Shown: positions 27,499 through 42,344, counted from the first letter of the stretch. The stretch: DNA of 64,000 nucleotides from Eledone cirrhosa (GCA_964016885.1 CAXHJY010000315.1:1-64000); one strand, 5' to 3'. A program made the numbers and translations. The notes: generated by a model not told the origin, from the letters alone.

Positions 27499-27615
27499 TA
27501 GAGAGATAGATAAATAGATAAATAGATAGACAGACAGTCAGACATACAGACAGACATAGATATATATATAGAGAGAGAGAGAGGGGGAGAGAAAGGGATG
27601 GATGGATAGACAGAC

Positions 27616-27654
<39 letters not shown>

Positions 27655-27703
27655 TGGATAGAGAGATAGATAAATAGATAAATAGATAGACAGACAGACA
27701 GAC

Positions 27704-27741
<38 letters not shown>

Positions 27742-27789
27742 GGAGAGATAGAGAGATAGATAAATAGATAGACAGACAGACAGACAGAC

Positions 27790-27836
<47 letters not shown>

Positions 27837-27857
27837 GATGGATGGAGAGATAGACAG

Positions 27858-27888
<31 letters not shown>

Positions 27889-28415
27889 TAAATAGATAGA
27901 TAGACAACAGACAGACATACAGACATATATATATATATAGAGAGAGAGAGGGAGAAAGGGAGAGAGAGAGGGGGGGGTGCTTGGAAAAGGCGAAAGTGTT
28001 GTAAGTGGATATTAGAGGAAAAGTTATAAGAGTAGGAAATATGAGAATGACGGATGAAAAGAAAGAACGAAAAGTAGCTTGAGGTTGTTGAGAGAGGGTA
28101 TAAGAAAGATAGAGAGTGATACAGAGATAGGTAGAGAGAGGGGGGTAGAGAGAGTGTAGAAGAGGAGGTGGAACGAGTTGAGGGGGTGTGGGAGGAGGTG
28201 CAAGAGAAGGAAAGTAGAGTTGGAAGTGATTTCTGACTTCAGAGAAGGAGAGTTGGAGAAAGGGGAAGGTATTGAGTTAAGATTTTAATTAGGAGGCTAT
28301 AATTTATTTTGATTTCTGCAGTTGTGGAATAGAAGTGGTAGGGTGGGTGTGGACTGTGTAGTGGATGTCCGTTGTCTAGTGGTTGCTTTCTCTAACTAGC
28401 TTCTATGGCTGTGTG

Positions 28416-28448
<33 letters not shown>

Positions 28449-28655
28449 TTGGGTATGTGATTTGTGGCTCTGTGTGTGTGTGGGTAGAGGGCATGGGTGT
28501 ATATAAATATATATATATATATTTATTTATTTATTTTGTGTATATATATATATATCTATATATATAATGCATATTTATATATATATATTTTTATTTATTT
28601 TGTATATATATATATATATATATATATAATGCATATTTATATATATATTTATTTA

Positions 28656-28690
<35 letters not shown>

Positions 28691-28741
28691 TTATTTTGTG
28701 TATATATATCTATATATATAATGCATATTTATATATATATA

Positions 28742-28782
<41 letters not shown>

Positions 28783-28958
28783 TTATTTTGTGTATATATA
28801 TCTATATATATAATGCATATTTATATATATATATTTATTTATTTTGTGTATATATATCTATATATATAATGCATATTTATATATATATATTTATTTATTT
28901 TGTGTATATATATCTATATATATAATGCATATTTATATATATATATTTTTATTTATTT

Positions 28959-29016
<58 letters not shown>

Positions 29017-29037
29017 GCATATTTATATATATATATA

Positions 29038-29075
<38 letters not shown>

Positions 29076-29098
29076 ATGCATATTTATATATATATATA

Positions 29099-29141
<43 letters not shown>

Positions 29142-29361
29142 TTATTTTGTTTATATATATCTATATATATAATGCATATTTATATATATATATTTATTTA
29201 TTTTATATATATATATACACATGTATATATACATGTATTTATTTATATATGTGTGTCTGTGTCTAAATAAACATTTATCAAATTTTTCATACATTTCAAA
29301 TTGATAAATATACTTCACCATACCAAATTTATCAAATAATATATTTCTATATGTGAATATA

Positions 29362-29400
<39 letters not shown>

Positions 29401-29543
29401 ATATATATATATATGCGTGTGTGTGTGTGCATGTATGTATGAGTATGTTTATATGAGTTTATGTATCTGTTCGTAAGTGTACATTTACGTGGAAGTGTAT
29501 GTGTGTGTGTGTGTGTGTGTTGAGTGTATACATGTGTGAGAGA

Positions 29544-29617
<74 letters not shown>

Positions 29618-29744
29618 CTGCTATGAACTGTATGTATTGTGTGTACATATCTGCCAATATACACGCCGGAAAGAGATTGCCATGCTTGTATATAAGGAAT
29701 CTTTTCATATTTAGGAATGCAAGCATAAGCTCGCGTGTGTAAAA

Positions 29745-29813
<69 letters not shown>

Positions 29814-29815
29814 AC

Positions 29816-29860
<45 letters not shown>

Positions 29861-29991
29861 GAAATGTGTGTGTACAATAATTCATCCAGTTTAGTCAATT
29901 TGATATATATATATATACATACACATATTAGTTTGAAACATACATACATACATACATACATACATACATACATACACACATACATACACAC

Positions 29992-30030
<39 letters not shown>

Positions 30031-30112
30031 TACATACATACATACATACATACATACATACATACATACATACATACATACATACATGCATGCATACACA
30101 CATACATACACA

Positions 30113-30144
<32 letters not shown>

Positions 30145-30552
30145 TACATACATACATACATACATACATACATACATACATACATACATACATACATACA
30201 TACATACACGACTAGTTAGAAAATTACAAGTACAATCCGTTAATGGAACAGTAAAAATATTTAAAACATTTCAACAATTCTGCATCTAATGACTGCATGT
30301 ACACATGTACAGATACAAAACATATGAGCATGCCCACATACAACTCAAAACATACACATCCACACATACAAAAACATCCATATACCTGCTTATACACACA
30401 TGCATGCATGCAGACATGCATATATATCAACCTAGTTGATGTTGTTCCAATGAGAGAGTCTTGTGTCCATCTTAGAAACCGTCTCTCTCTCTCTATTGGC
30501 AAAAATTATAAAATTATAAAACCAGAAGAGCATACAAACATACATACATACA

Positions 30553-30950
30553 TGGTGGCTGCCAACTCGTTTTCGAGTACGGCCACTACTTTATATCCAT
30601 GTAGGAGAACCCCTACCGATGCGCTGAACGAGTGAGACTTTTTAGTCCAGCCAGCGACTTGAAAACTCTGGTACAAACACTACACTTGTGACAATTATTG
30701 ACACATAGTGCAGGGCCCATGGTACCATGTGACGACAAGTGCAGAGAGATCTCCAGATATAAAGCAATGTCTGTGCCGTGAAGCTTTTATAGTGAGCAAA
30801 GGCACTGCACAAAGCCAGTCCCACTCTCTTAACCAAGATGATATTTACCAAAAAGAACAAGTCAACATCATTGGATACCATCAGGGTTGCAGGTGTTATA
30901 TCAGAGTTTTCCTTCTCCTAGAATTCTGCCTTGACAAAGGCTAAGGAGTC
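30553..30950 (-). mobile_element. RTE-clade LINE 3' end with degenerate C2H2 finger
   Basis: Minus frame HKCSVCTRVFKSLAGLKSLTRSAHR*, a short UTR, then a (TATG)n tail. Confidence 0.6.
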
Positions 30951-31017
30951 ATTTCTCTCATACATACATACATACATACATACATACATACATACATACA
31001 TACATACATACATACAT

Positions 31018-31470
31018 GATGGCCGCAGACTCTGCTAAGAGTATTGCAATCGCTTGACAGATTCAGATGTGTGACGCTCCGATATGGCTTTTCAAGCCTG
31101 CTAGAGACTTGCACTCCTTCGCACATTGACGAAAACTATGGATCTCCCTGGCCTCAGGTCTTGCATCAGGTTGCCTGTGAACCTTCACAATACCGTGGAG
31201 ATCATAATTCATTGGTTCTCTCTGAACATGGCTGCGTCTGTGACACCTGAGCCGAGATTTGCTCAAGCAAATCTTTCCACACTCTGGGCACACCAATTCA
31301 ATGGAGACTCCGATCGTTACGAGAGATACACCAGGGCATTGCTTACGCACATTCCGTTTGATCTTCTGGTGCTCTATGCGTCTGTCCTGAAAATTATGGA
31401 CCCCATCATTCACCATTTCACGCCAAGTTTTAATTTCAAGAGCTTCTATTTCCCAGTCAGCCACCATCAA
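31018..31470 (-). mobile_element. RTE-clade LINE ORF2 C-terminus with two C2H2 fingers
   Basis: WEIEALEIKTWR...LVCPECGKICLSKSRLRCHRRSH...CAKECKSLAGLKSHIGASHI*, followed by (TATG)n at 30960-31017. Confidence 0.75.
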
Positions 31471-31487
31471 ACATACATACAGAAGAC

Positions 31488-31600
31488 CGATGGCTCAAAC
31501 GACTGGTGGCTCAAGGGAACGATGGCTCAAAGGAATGATGGCTCAAAGGGACGATGGCTCAAAGGGACGATGGCTCAAAGGAATGATGGCTCAAACGAAA
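31488..31600. repeat. 16-bp tandem repeat, about 7 copies
   Basis: GATGGCTCAAAGGRAY units. Confidence 0.9.
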
Positions 31601-31892
31601 CTGGTGGAACCTAAAAATAAAAGTGGTATTGTTGTTTGAGATCACACATTAAACACATTCTCTGTTGCTGAAGTCAGCTGCCAGCTTGATATCAATGAGG
31701 CAAGAAAAATACAAGAGAAGGAGGATTCCTAGAGACCATTGATGGGGAGTTTGTAGATCCAGGATCCAAGACACTTGTTCAACTTCATATTTATCATTAT
31801 TAGAACTACAAGACATAGACGAAGCCACCTGGACCAAAGGATGTTCGGTAGCCTCTCTTTCAGCGTATGTGAAAACGTGAGAACATAAATCC

Positions 31893-31967
<75 letters not shown>

Positions 31968-32194
31968 GAGAGTATTGAAGTTTGCTTGAAGCATTGTGGA
32001 ATAATAGGTAAATATCATTAAGTCGTTTGGAAGCCTCGACAATGCAAATAATGGGTAAATCTCCGGGTAACAAGATCCGGTGGTGGAGAGAGAGATGTAA
32101 GTGGGTGTACGTTGAGATGCGTGGTATGTATAAGACGTGTAGAGGAATGAAGGAAAGAGTATAAAGGATTAAATAAAAATATATAAAAATATAT

Positions 32195-32339
<145 letters not shown>

Positions 32340-32573
32340 TAAATCCACCAATTAATGGTAGGGTCTAAACCGTATTAAGAACTCAATGTAATCCGTATGT
32401 AGAAGATGTCGTAAAACAAAGTTTAAAATACAAAATTTTCAACGATATAATTCATTGGATACAGAGTCAAAAATACAAACAGTAAAACAATGAAATTAAA
32501 CAAAACACGGTTAATCCATGGTACAACTCGTGAATTAACCGTTTTTTTTGTTTAATTTCATTGTTTTACTATT

Positions 32574-32605
<32 letters not shown>

Positions 32606-32612
<7 letters not shown>

Positions 32613-32812
32613 ATACTTAGGGAGGGTCATGTTGCCAATAAGAAATACACGCACCAGATGCTTTCACTTCAATTTATTATAATAAATTGAAGTGAAAGCA
32701 ACTGGTGCGTGTGTTTCTTATTGGCAACATGACCCTCCCAAAGTATAACAATATCGGTTTCAACACACGTTTTCAGATAAAGAAGCTTGCTAAACAAATT
32801 CAGAAACGAAAT
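32606..32812 (+). mobile_element. Family G foldback element (duplicate at 34075-34281)
   Basis: About 73-bp arms centred on TTATTATAATAA, plus a 60-nt tail. Confidence 0.85.
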
Positions 32813-32902
32813 ATATATATATATATTTATATATATGTGGGGTGGGGGGTATATATGTATCTCTCTCTATATATACTATATATACATCCATATATATATA
32901 AA

Positions 32903-33087
32903 TTGAGTCAGGACCCCGACCGCTGAGCTCCGGCAGTTTCGACAGAGGTGTTCGGATCTAGCTGCCGAAACGGCCGGAGCTCAGCCGTCGGGGTCCTGAC
33001 TCTTTTCCCATTACCCGCTGTACTACCCTTAGTATCGAGGACTCTGGTGCGTTATGGTCCACCTGATTTCTTACCACACTTTCTTTG

Positions 33088-33090
<3 letters not shown>
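32903..33090 (+). mobile_element. Family A subfamily 2 foldback element (duplicate at 34372-34559)
   Basis: CTAGCTGCC-GAAAC-GGC cggagctca GCC-GTC-GGGGTCC, preceded by the inverted arm. Confidence 0.85.
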
Positions 33091-33133
<43 letters not shown>

Positions 33134-33170
33134 TTATAAAACCATATTTATATATATATATACATATATG

Positions 33171-33208
<38 letters not shown>

Positions 33209-33362
33209 GAGAGAGAGGGTGTGCGGTGGTGGGACTGAGGAGACCCTTAATCATGGGGAGTACTCAATGCATGGGGAGATGCAGTATGTGTATAGAGATG
33301 TATATGTATATATATACGTACATATATCATACATGTATATATACATATATGTATATATATAC

Positions 33363-33430
<68 letters not shown>

Positions 33431-33657
33431 GAGAGTATTGAAGTTTGCTTGAAGCATTGTGGAATAATAGGTAAATATCATTAAGTCGTTTGGAAGCCTC
33501 GACAATGCAAATAATGGGTAAATCTCCGGGTAACAAGATCCGGTGGTGGAGAGAGAGATGTAAGTGGGTGTACGTTGAGATGCGTGGTATGTATAAGACG
33601 TGTAGAGGAATGAAGGAAAGAGTATAAAGGATTAAATAAAAATATATAAAAATATAT

Positions 33658-33808
<151 letters not shown>

Positions 33809-34042
33809 TAAATCCACCAATTAATGGTAGGGTCTAAACCGTATTAAGAACTCAATGTAATCCGTATGTAGAAGATGTCGTAAAACAAAGTTTAAAATAC
33901 AAAATTTTCAACGATATAATTCATTGGATACAGAGTCAAAAATACAAACAGTAAAACAATGAAATTAAACAAAACACGGTTAATCCATGGTACAACTCGT
34001 GAATTAACCGTTTTTTTTGTTTAATTTCATTGTTTTACTATT

Positions 34043-34081
<39 letters not shown>

Positions 34082-34556
34082 ATACTTAGGGAGGGTCATG
34101 TTGCCAATAAGAAATACACGCACCAGATGCTTTCACTTCAATTTATTATAATAAATTGAAGTGAAAGCAACTGGTGCGTGTGTTTCTTATTGGCAACATG
34201 ACCCTCCCAAAGTATAACAATATCGGTTTCAACACACGTTTTCAGATAAAGAAGCTTGCTAAACAAATTCAGAAACGAAATATATATATATATATTTATA
34301 TATATGTGGGGTGGGGGGTATATATGTATCTCTCTCTATATATACTATATATACATCCATATATATATAAATTGAGTCAGGACCCCGACCGCTGAGCTCC
34401 GGCAGTTTCGACAGAGGTGTTCGGATCTAGCTGCCGAAACGGCCGGAGCTCAGCCGTCGGGGTCCTGACTCTTTTCCCATTACCCGCTGTACTACCCTTA
34501 GTATCGAGGACTCTGGTGCGTTATGGTCCACCTGATTTCTTACCACACTTTCTTTG

Positions 34557-34602
<46 letters not shown>

Positions 34603-34639
34603 TTATAAAACCATATTTATATATATATATACATATATG

Positions 34640-34677
<38 letters not shown>

Positions 34678-34831
34678 GAGAGAGAGGGTGTGCGGTGGTG
34701 GGACTGAGGAGACCCTTAATCATGGGGAGTACTCAATGCATGGGGAGATGCAGTATGTGTATAGAGATGTATATGTATATATATACGTACATATATCATA
34801 CATGTATATATACATATATGTATATATATAC

Positions 34832-34926
<95 letters not shown>

Positions 34927-35004
34927 TATACTAATTTACTCTTTTACCTGTTTCAGCCATCCGGCTGAGGCCATGCTGGGGCACCGCCCTTATATATATA
35001 TATA

Positions 35005-35098
<94 letters not shown>

Positions 35099-35547
35099 GA
35101 GAGAGAGAGGGAGATGCAGACATACATTTATAAATGGCGACGAAAGTATGGCCATTGCAATGACATGTATGTATATCTTAATTTGTGCGTGGGTGTATAG
35201 GTATCTCAGATTTATATATTATAATAACTTGCCTGCAAAAATATTGACCGTATACATATATATATATCTCCAAATATAGAGCAATGTGGGATGTAACGAA
35301 ACTATACATATAATTTATGCAGACAATTTACTTGGATATATCCATCTACATCTAGAAATTTATTGATATCTACATGAATACAAACCATGTATCTGATGTA
35401 CAACACCACGACATTACTATGTTTCTCTGTAATATTTGAATTCTTTCTCGTTCCCTCTTCCTCCCAGATATTTATCTATACAGACGCACACCTATATATA
35501 TATATATATATATGAACCTTTTTTGCACCTCTGTTTTTGTCTCCTTG

Positions 35548-35596
<49 letters not shown>

Positions 35597-35599
<3 letters not shown>

Positions 35600-35800
35600 C
35601 GAAGGAAATGTGGTAAGGAACCAGATGGACCATAACGCACCAAAGTACTCAATACTTAGGGTAGTAGAGTGGGTAGTAGGAACGAGTAGGACCCCGACAG
35701 CTGAGCTCAAGCCGTTTCGACGGCTAATTCTGGACTAATTAGCTAGTCCAGAATTAGCCGTCGAAACGGCTTGAGCTCAGCTGTCGGGGTCCTACTCGTT

Positions 35801-35805
<5 letters not shown>
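35597..35805 (-). mobile_element. Family A foldback element
   Basis: Perfect arms around ATTAGC. The short arm ends TTCCTAT. Confidence 0.9.
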
Positions 35806-35840
<35 letters not shown>

Positions 35841-36073
35841 CCTTTTTTATATATATATAAGTTAAAACAATGAAATAAAAAATCAAGTCATTAGAGATAT
35901 ACTTCACTGCTTTACGATCGTTTCTAGATGATGATAATTCATCCTTACGGGGTCGATAAAATAAAGTACCAGTAATGCACTGGGTAATTGCTAGCCTTGT
36001 GCCTAAAGTAGCAACAATTATTACAACAATATAACCCTCCTCAAGTATAACTATATATATATATATATATATA

Positions 36074-36342
36074 TTTAATACATTAACAGAGAAAGCCTTA
36101 AGCTATACTCTGACTGGCTTCCATCTCACTCAACAAACATTAGGATATACCTTAGTATAATCCCAATTTTACGTTTGGGGTGCTATCTATACGTATTTTG
36201 CGGATAGCCAGTTGTATTATTTTATATGAGACATAATTAAAATACATCTCTCTTTCCAAACGATCGTTTCATTATAAGTTTTCTACAAATTGGGAAAATA
36301 ATATCCAGGTTATGTAGAAGCCTACACATAGTCCGTAGGAAT
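36074..36342 (-). mobile_element. Family H 5'-truncated copy
   Basis: Reverse complement of 22702-22970, including GAAACGATCGTTTGGA. Confidence 0.85.
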
Positions 36343-36378
36343 CTCCCTATATCTCCCTATATATATATATATTAACTA

Positions 36379-36507
36379 TATGTTGGTAGTTTACCGACAC
36401 CTCAGTATGCAGATTGGAGCACTGGACGAAGTATGCAGGTTGGTTTGTTTACTCCGGAGTAATGTAAATTTATAATAAACGAAGCCAACTTTTACATATT
36501 TGACTTA
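36379..36507 (-). mobile_element. Family C tail plus short inverted arm
   Basis: Reverse complement of 50380-50468, joined to TAATAAACGAAGCCAAC...TTTGACT (homologous to 50330-50362). Confidence 0.8.
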
Positions 36508-36551
36508 ATTATATTATATATATATATATATATATGTGTGTGTTTGTGTGT

Positions 36552-36814
36552 AAATGAAGTAATTCCGTCGGAAAAGTCCAGGAAAGAAGAGTGCTCTATG
36601 TAGGTAACAGAGCTTAATAGTTATGTAATAAACAACATAAGGCAATTATTTCATTTACCAGTGGTTTCTTAAAAGCAAAAAAAAATCTGCTTTCAATCAT
36701 CAGGATTTGCTTTCAATCACCAGGATTTTTTCATTCTGATGATTGAAAGCAAAATTGTTTTGCTTTTAAGAAACCACTGGTAAATGAAATAATTGCCTTA
36801 TGTTGTTTATTACA

Positions 36815-36820
<6 letters not shown>
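36552..36820 (-). mobile_element. Foldback element with CTGATGA-TT-GAAA core
   Basis: Arms 36618-36680 and 36758-36820 are reverse complements. The core motif occurs on both strands. The unpaired tail is 36552-36617. Confidence 0.75.
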
Positions 36821-36862
<42 letters not shown>

Positions 36863-36921
36863 CATATATGTATATATACATACATTATATATATATACAC
36901 ACACACACACATATATATATA

Positions 36922-37118
36922 TAACGAAGGAGGTGTGGTAAGGAACCAGATGGACAATAACGCACTAGAGTACTCAATACTTAGGGTAGTAGAGTGGGTA
37001 ATAGGAAAATGTTTAACCCCGACGGCAGAGCTCAAGCCGTTTCGACGGTTATTTCAGTTCTCAATCCAGAAATAGCCGTCGAAACGGCATGAGCTCTGCC
37101 GTTGGGATTAAACATTTT

Positions 37119-37123
<5 letters not shown>
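36922..37123 (-). mobile_element. Family A foldback element
   Basis: Same architecture as 14813-15004. Confidence 0.9.
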
Positions 37124-37162
<39 letters not shown>

Positions 37163-37311
37163 TATACATACATGATATACATATATATATATATATATAT
37201 ACATATTATACATATGTATATATATATATAGGAAACTTTATAGTTTGAGGGAAATTTAGCTGCTATGAACAATATTTTGAATATCTTAAAGTGAAGAAGT
37301 TGGTATATTAT

Positions 37312-37500
37312 AACTGTTTCTACTTTAGGCACAAGGCCAGCAAAACACCCAGTGCATTACTGGTACTTTATTTTATCGACCCCGTAAGGATGGAAGGCAA
37401 AGTCAACCTCGGCGGGATTTGAACTCAGATCGTAAAGGGACGTAACTATGCTGGAAAGCATGGCGTCCGACTCTCTACCGATACTGCCAATCCACCGCCT
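37312..37500 (-). mobile_element. Full-length tRNA-derived SINE
   Basis: Reverse complement of GGCGGTGGATTGGCAGTATCGG...AGTAGAAACAG. Confidence 0.9.
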
Positions 37501-38094
37501 GGTATATTATAACTGGTACTCAGTTGTCAACGGCGGAAGTAGGCGATTGCTACCAAAACCACTTCCTGTATTTCCTTCCTTATAAACCCGATGCTTCATT
37601 CCTAACTTAAAGAAATCAATATTCCCTTGAGAAATGTCATCCACTAAACTGCTATAATGCAATTCATGTCTTTCTTATATATATATATATGTTTGTTGTT
37701 GTTGTTGTTGTTGATCTTAGTGTTGCTGTTGTTGTTGTTGTTGTTGTTGTTTGAGTTGTTGTTGATGTTGATGTTGTTGTTGTTGGATTACATTATTGCA
37801 TTATTGTATTATTGTATTATTACAGTTTATGTTGAATTTATTCTGTTGTTTGTGATGGTGGTGGTGGTGGTGGTGATGGTGACGGCGATTACAGTGGTTA
37901 CGGTGGTGATGGTTGTGATGTGGTGTTGGTGGTGGTTGTTGTTGGTGGTAGTGGTGGTGGTGGTGGTGGTGGTGGTGGGTGGTGGGTGAGGTTACATCGG
38001 AATTGTGATCTTTGTAAAACTAATGAATGAAAGTCAATAACCATTTGGGTTTGGCAGTAAAGTGTAGTGAAACGTAAAAACACACTTGGATTGA

Positions 38095-38786
38095 GAGAAA
38101 GGGGTTGAGAGAGAGAGAGGGGGGTGAGAGGGATAGAGAGGGCGAGGGAGAAAGAGTTGGGAGTGGAGACTGATACAGGGGGAGAGAGAGAAATAGAGAG
38201 AGAGAATAGAGAGAGAGAGAGACAGTGAAACAGAGAGAGAGAAAGAGAAACATAGATTGAGATAGAGAAAGAGAAACACAGACAGAGGGAGAGAGAGGGG
38301 AAGAGGGAGAGAGACAGACAGAGGGATGGAGAGAGAGGGAGAGAGAGAAAGAGTTGGGAGTGGAGACTGATACAGGGGGAGAGAGAGAAATAGAGAGAGA
38401 GAGACAGTGAAACACAGAGAGAGACGGAGAGAGGGGGACAGAGAGAGAAACATAGATTGAAGGAGAGAAAGAGAAACACAGACAGAGGGAGAAAGAGAGG
38501 GGCTGAGGGAGAGACAGACAGACAGACATACAGAGGGTGGTAGAGAGAGAGAGAGAGAAAGAGAGAGACAGAGGGAGAGAGAGATAGCGGAAGAGAGACA
38601 GAAGGAGAGAGAGGGGCAGGCGGAGAGAGAAAGCGAGACAGAGAGAAAAGGCGAGACGGAGAGAGAGAGAGACAGAGAGAGAGAGACAGAGAGAGAAACA
38701 TAGATTGAAGGAGAGAAAGAGAAACACAGACAGAGGGAGAAAGAGAGGGGCAGAGGGAGAGACAGACAGACAGACATACAGAGGGT

Positions 38787-38840
<54 letters not shown>

Positions 38841-38965
38841 AGAGACAGAGGGAGAGAGAGATAGCGGGAGAGAGAAAGAGAGACAGAGGCAGAAGGAGAG
38901 AGAGGGGGCAGGCGGAGAGAGAAAGCGAGACAGAGAGAGAGAGAGAGAGATAGAGAGAGAAAGAT
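38095..38965. repeat. GA-rich degenerate tandem repeat
   Basis: Recurrent GAAACATAGATTGA and AGAGTTGGGAGTGGAGACTGATACAGG units in (GA)n. Confidence 0.85.
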
Positions 38966-39166
38966 GGAAGGGAGTGGAAAGCAATGCAAAGAGAAAGGCA
39001 ATCGTTGGGAGCTTGTGTCTGTGTGTCGGGGTATGTGTTTCTGCGAACGTGTAGAAAAGGGAGATATCTGAATTACTGCCAAACAACAATATAGAGACAA
39101 ACAAAGATGGCGAAGAACCACAGACCGTAGGTGGGTATATAGGCAAGCACACATGCACACACACAT

Positions 39167-39211
<45 letters not shown>

Positions 39212-39271
39212 TGTATATATACACATATATTTATATATACACATATATTTATATATATATATATACACATA

Positions 39272-39315
<44 letters not shown>

Positions 39316-39371
39316 TTTATATATATATATATACACATATATTTATATATATATATATATATATACACATA

Positions 39372-39563
<192 letters not shown>

Positions 39564-39633
39564 TTTATATATATATATATATACACATATATTTATTTAT
39601 ATATACACATATATTTATTTATATATACACATA

Positions 39634-39699
<66 letters not shown>

Positions 39700-39745
39700 T
39701 GAGATTCTACAGGACTAGAACTGTTTCATTCATTAGAAATCATCA

Positions 39746-39798
39746 GAGATTCCTGATGATTTCTAATGAATGAAACAGTTCTAGTCCTGTAGAATCTC
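39746..39798 (+). ncRNA. Type-I hammerhead ribozyme, family B
   Basis: GAGATTC-CTGATGA-T TTC taat GAA T-GAAAC-AG ttctagtc CT-GTA-GAATCTC, with a 7-bp stem I. Element 39693-39880 has an inverted arm ending exactly at CTGATGA. Confidence 0.85.
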
Positions 39799-39879
39799 AT
39801 CTATATTAAAACTTTTATACTCTGCTATGTATTGAGTACCTTACTTACTGTGGTTACCTCCGATTCAACCCGGAATAAC

Positions 39880-39925
<46 letters not shown>

Positions 39926-39927
<2 letters not shown>

Positions 39928-40021
39928 GGTCCTACTCGTTCCTATTACCCACTCTACTACCCTAAGTATTGAGTACTTTGGTGCATTATGGTCCACCTGG
40001 TTCCTTACCACATTTCCTTCG

Positions 40022-40058
<37 letters not shown>

Positions 40059-40264
40059 AAAAGAGACAGGACCCCGACGGCTGAGCTCTGTCCGTGTTTC
40101 GACAGCTAGATCTGAACTCAGTTCAGATGTAGCTGTCGAAAAAGGGCCGGATCTCAGCCGTCGGGGTCCTGACTCTTTTCCTATTACCCACTCTACTACC
40201 CTAAGTATTGAGTACTCTGGCGCGTTATGGTCCACCTGGTTCCTTACCACACTTCCTTCATTAT
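39926..40264 (+). mobile_element. Two family A pieces (39926-40024 fragment; 40054-40264 foldback)
   Basis: Same tail and arm sequences, separated by (TA)n. Confidence 0.9.
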
Positions 40265-40449
40265 ATATATATATATGATAATAAGGGCGCTGCGGAGTTG
40301 CAAATGGGTTACATATGAAAAAAGTTTGTCCTTCATCAGTGATCTTCCAACCATCAGAGGCATTTCATCGCTTTAAAGACCATATACCTCCGGTTGGTGC
40401 GAGCAACGGCTAAAAAAAGTCGTTGGGACACGTAAATAAAGGGTAAACA

Positions 40450-40537
<88 letters not shown>

Positions 40538-40719
40538 ATAATAATCAAAGAACTGTTCAAAGCATTTTTGTGCTTGCAACTGTTTCCTCCAAACCGAGGT
40601 TTGGATTCTTCGGAGCAATTTATTAATGAATGAACAGTTATATGACCTCCTTTTCACCCAAGAGACATACAGATACATATAATTAATATTATATTTATAT
40701 ATATATTATATATAATGTT

Positions 40720-40920
40720 TAATATAGAAATGGATAATATAGTATTAGAACTGTTTCATTCGAAGTAATTCATCAGGCTTTCGAGATGATTTTTTTTTCG
40801 AATGAAACAGTTCTAGTCCTGTAAAAGCCATTTCTATATTAAATATTATATATATACTCTACTATTTATTGAGTACCTTACTTAGTGTAGTTACCTCGAT
40901 TGAACCCCAGGATACTCACA
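40720..40920 (+). mobile_element. Family B foldback element with degenerate hammerhead
   Basis: GGCTTT-CGAGATGA-...-GAAAC-AGTTCTAGTCCT-GTA-AAAGCC. Stem I differs in sequence from 39746 but still pairs. Confidence 0.75.
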
Positions 40921-40931
40921 CTCACAGACAC

Positions 40932-41021
<90 letters not shown>

Positions 41022-41119
41022 GTTAAACAAGGTTCAATGAATAAATAAAAGAATGAGTTTTACAATAGATTGGAAGCACTCAACAGATGGTTTTCAAGAG
41101 TTATTAATATTAATTCAAA

Positions 41120-41187
41120 ATATTAATCTGATGAGGACGTACTGTTGAAGATAGCTCAGTACCTCTGAAATATGTATAATAAAATAT
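41120..41187 (+). ncRNA. Type-I hammerhead ribozyme (family C/D-like)
   Basis: AT-CTGATGA-GGA C GTACTG...CAGTAC C TCT-GAAA-TATGTA-TA-AT. The 5' strand of stem I is cut by the inversion junction. Element 41020-41230. Confidence 0.7.
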
Positions 41188-41227
41188 ACTTGATCACACG
41201 AATATCTATTTTTGTTAATATTTTGAA

Positions 41228-41292
<65 letters not shown>

Positions 41293-41428
41293 AAGTAAGA
41301 GACATATATAGTTGACGGACTAAATATGGGTGCTAATATGTTCTTATAGCTCCAAGCATTTCTTTTAAAGAAATTGGTAAAGGAAGCGAAGCATATAAAT
41401 ATACATATATATATATATATGCATATAA

Positions 41429-41540
<112 letters not shown>

Positions 41541-41542
41541 AC

Positions 41543-41603
<61 letters not shown>

Positions 41604-41608
41604 TAAAC

Positions 41609-41663
<55 letters not shown>

Positions 41664-41681
41664 TATATATACATACATATA

Positions 41682-41717
<36 letters not shown>

Positions 41718-41739
41718 AATATATATATACATACATATA

Positions 41740-41785
<46 letters not shown>

Positions 41786-41803
41786 TATATATACATACAT
41801 ATA

Positions 41804-41851
<48 letters not shown>

Positions 41852-41865
41852 CATATGTGTATATG

Positions 41866-41908
<43 letters not shown>

Positions 41909-42221
41909 CCATAAAGAAAGAGAGAGATAGGGTTAACCATACAGAATGGTCACGTGATCACTGTTAGCACAGCGGGCAATACCATAGATTTCATTATAAA
42001 TCCCTCTACAATCATTTACGAAACCTCAAAGACAAGTATCTTGTTGATCCATTCTTTAACAACTCCCGAGAGAGCTTTGCCATTCCATCCTTTATAGTTA
42101 TCTATTAATATAAATAGTTGTTCTCCTCAAAGAAGAACTCCGGTTAGGAAACATAAAAGACGCGGAAAAATGGTACATCATAAAGATTCGTATAATTTTA
42201 CGAATATACATACACACACAC

Positions 42222-42253
<32 letters not shown>

Positions 42254-42344
42254 ATGTGTGTGTGTGTGTGTGTATGTATGTGTGTTCGTGTGTTTGTGCC
42301 TGTGTGTCTGTGTGTGTATTTATGCATTATCTATATATATATTC

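Noticed and set aside
35908-35935. Orphan 3' halves GAAACGATCGTA (here, -) and GAAATATATATA (6620, +)
   Set aside because: There is no 5' half in the window. They are consistent with truncated members but too short to call.
40574-40618. Minus-strand CCGAAGA, good stem II, GAAACAGTTGCAA
   Set aside because: It has U4-to-C and a register shift in stem I/III. It is probably a decayed hammerhead but cannot be called from one copy.
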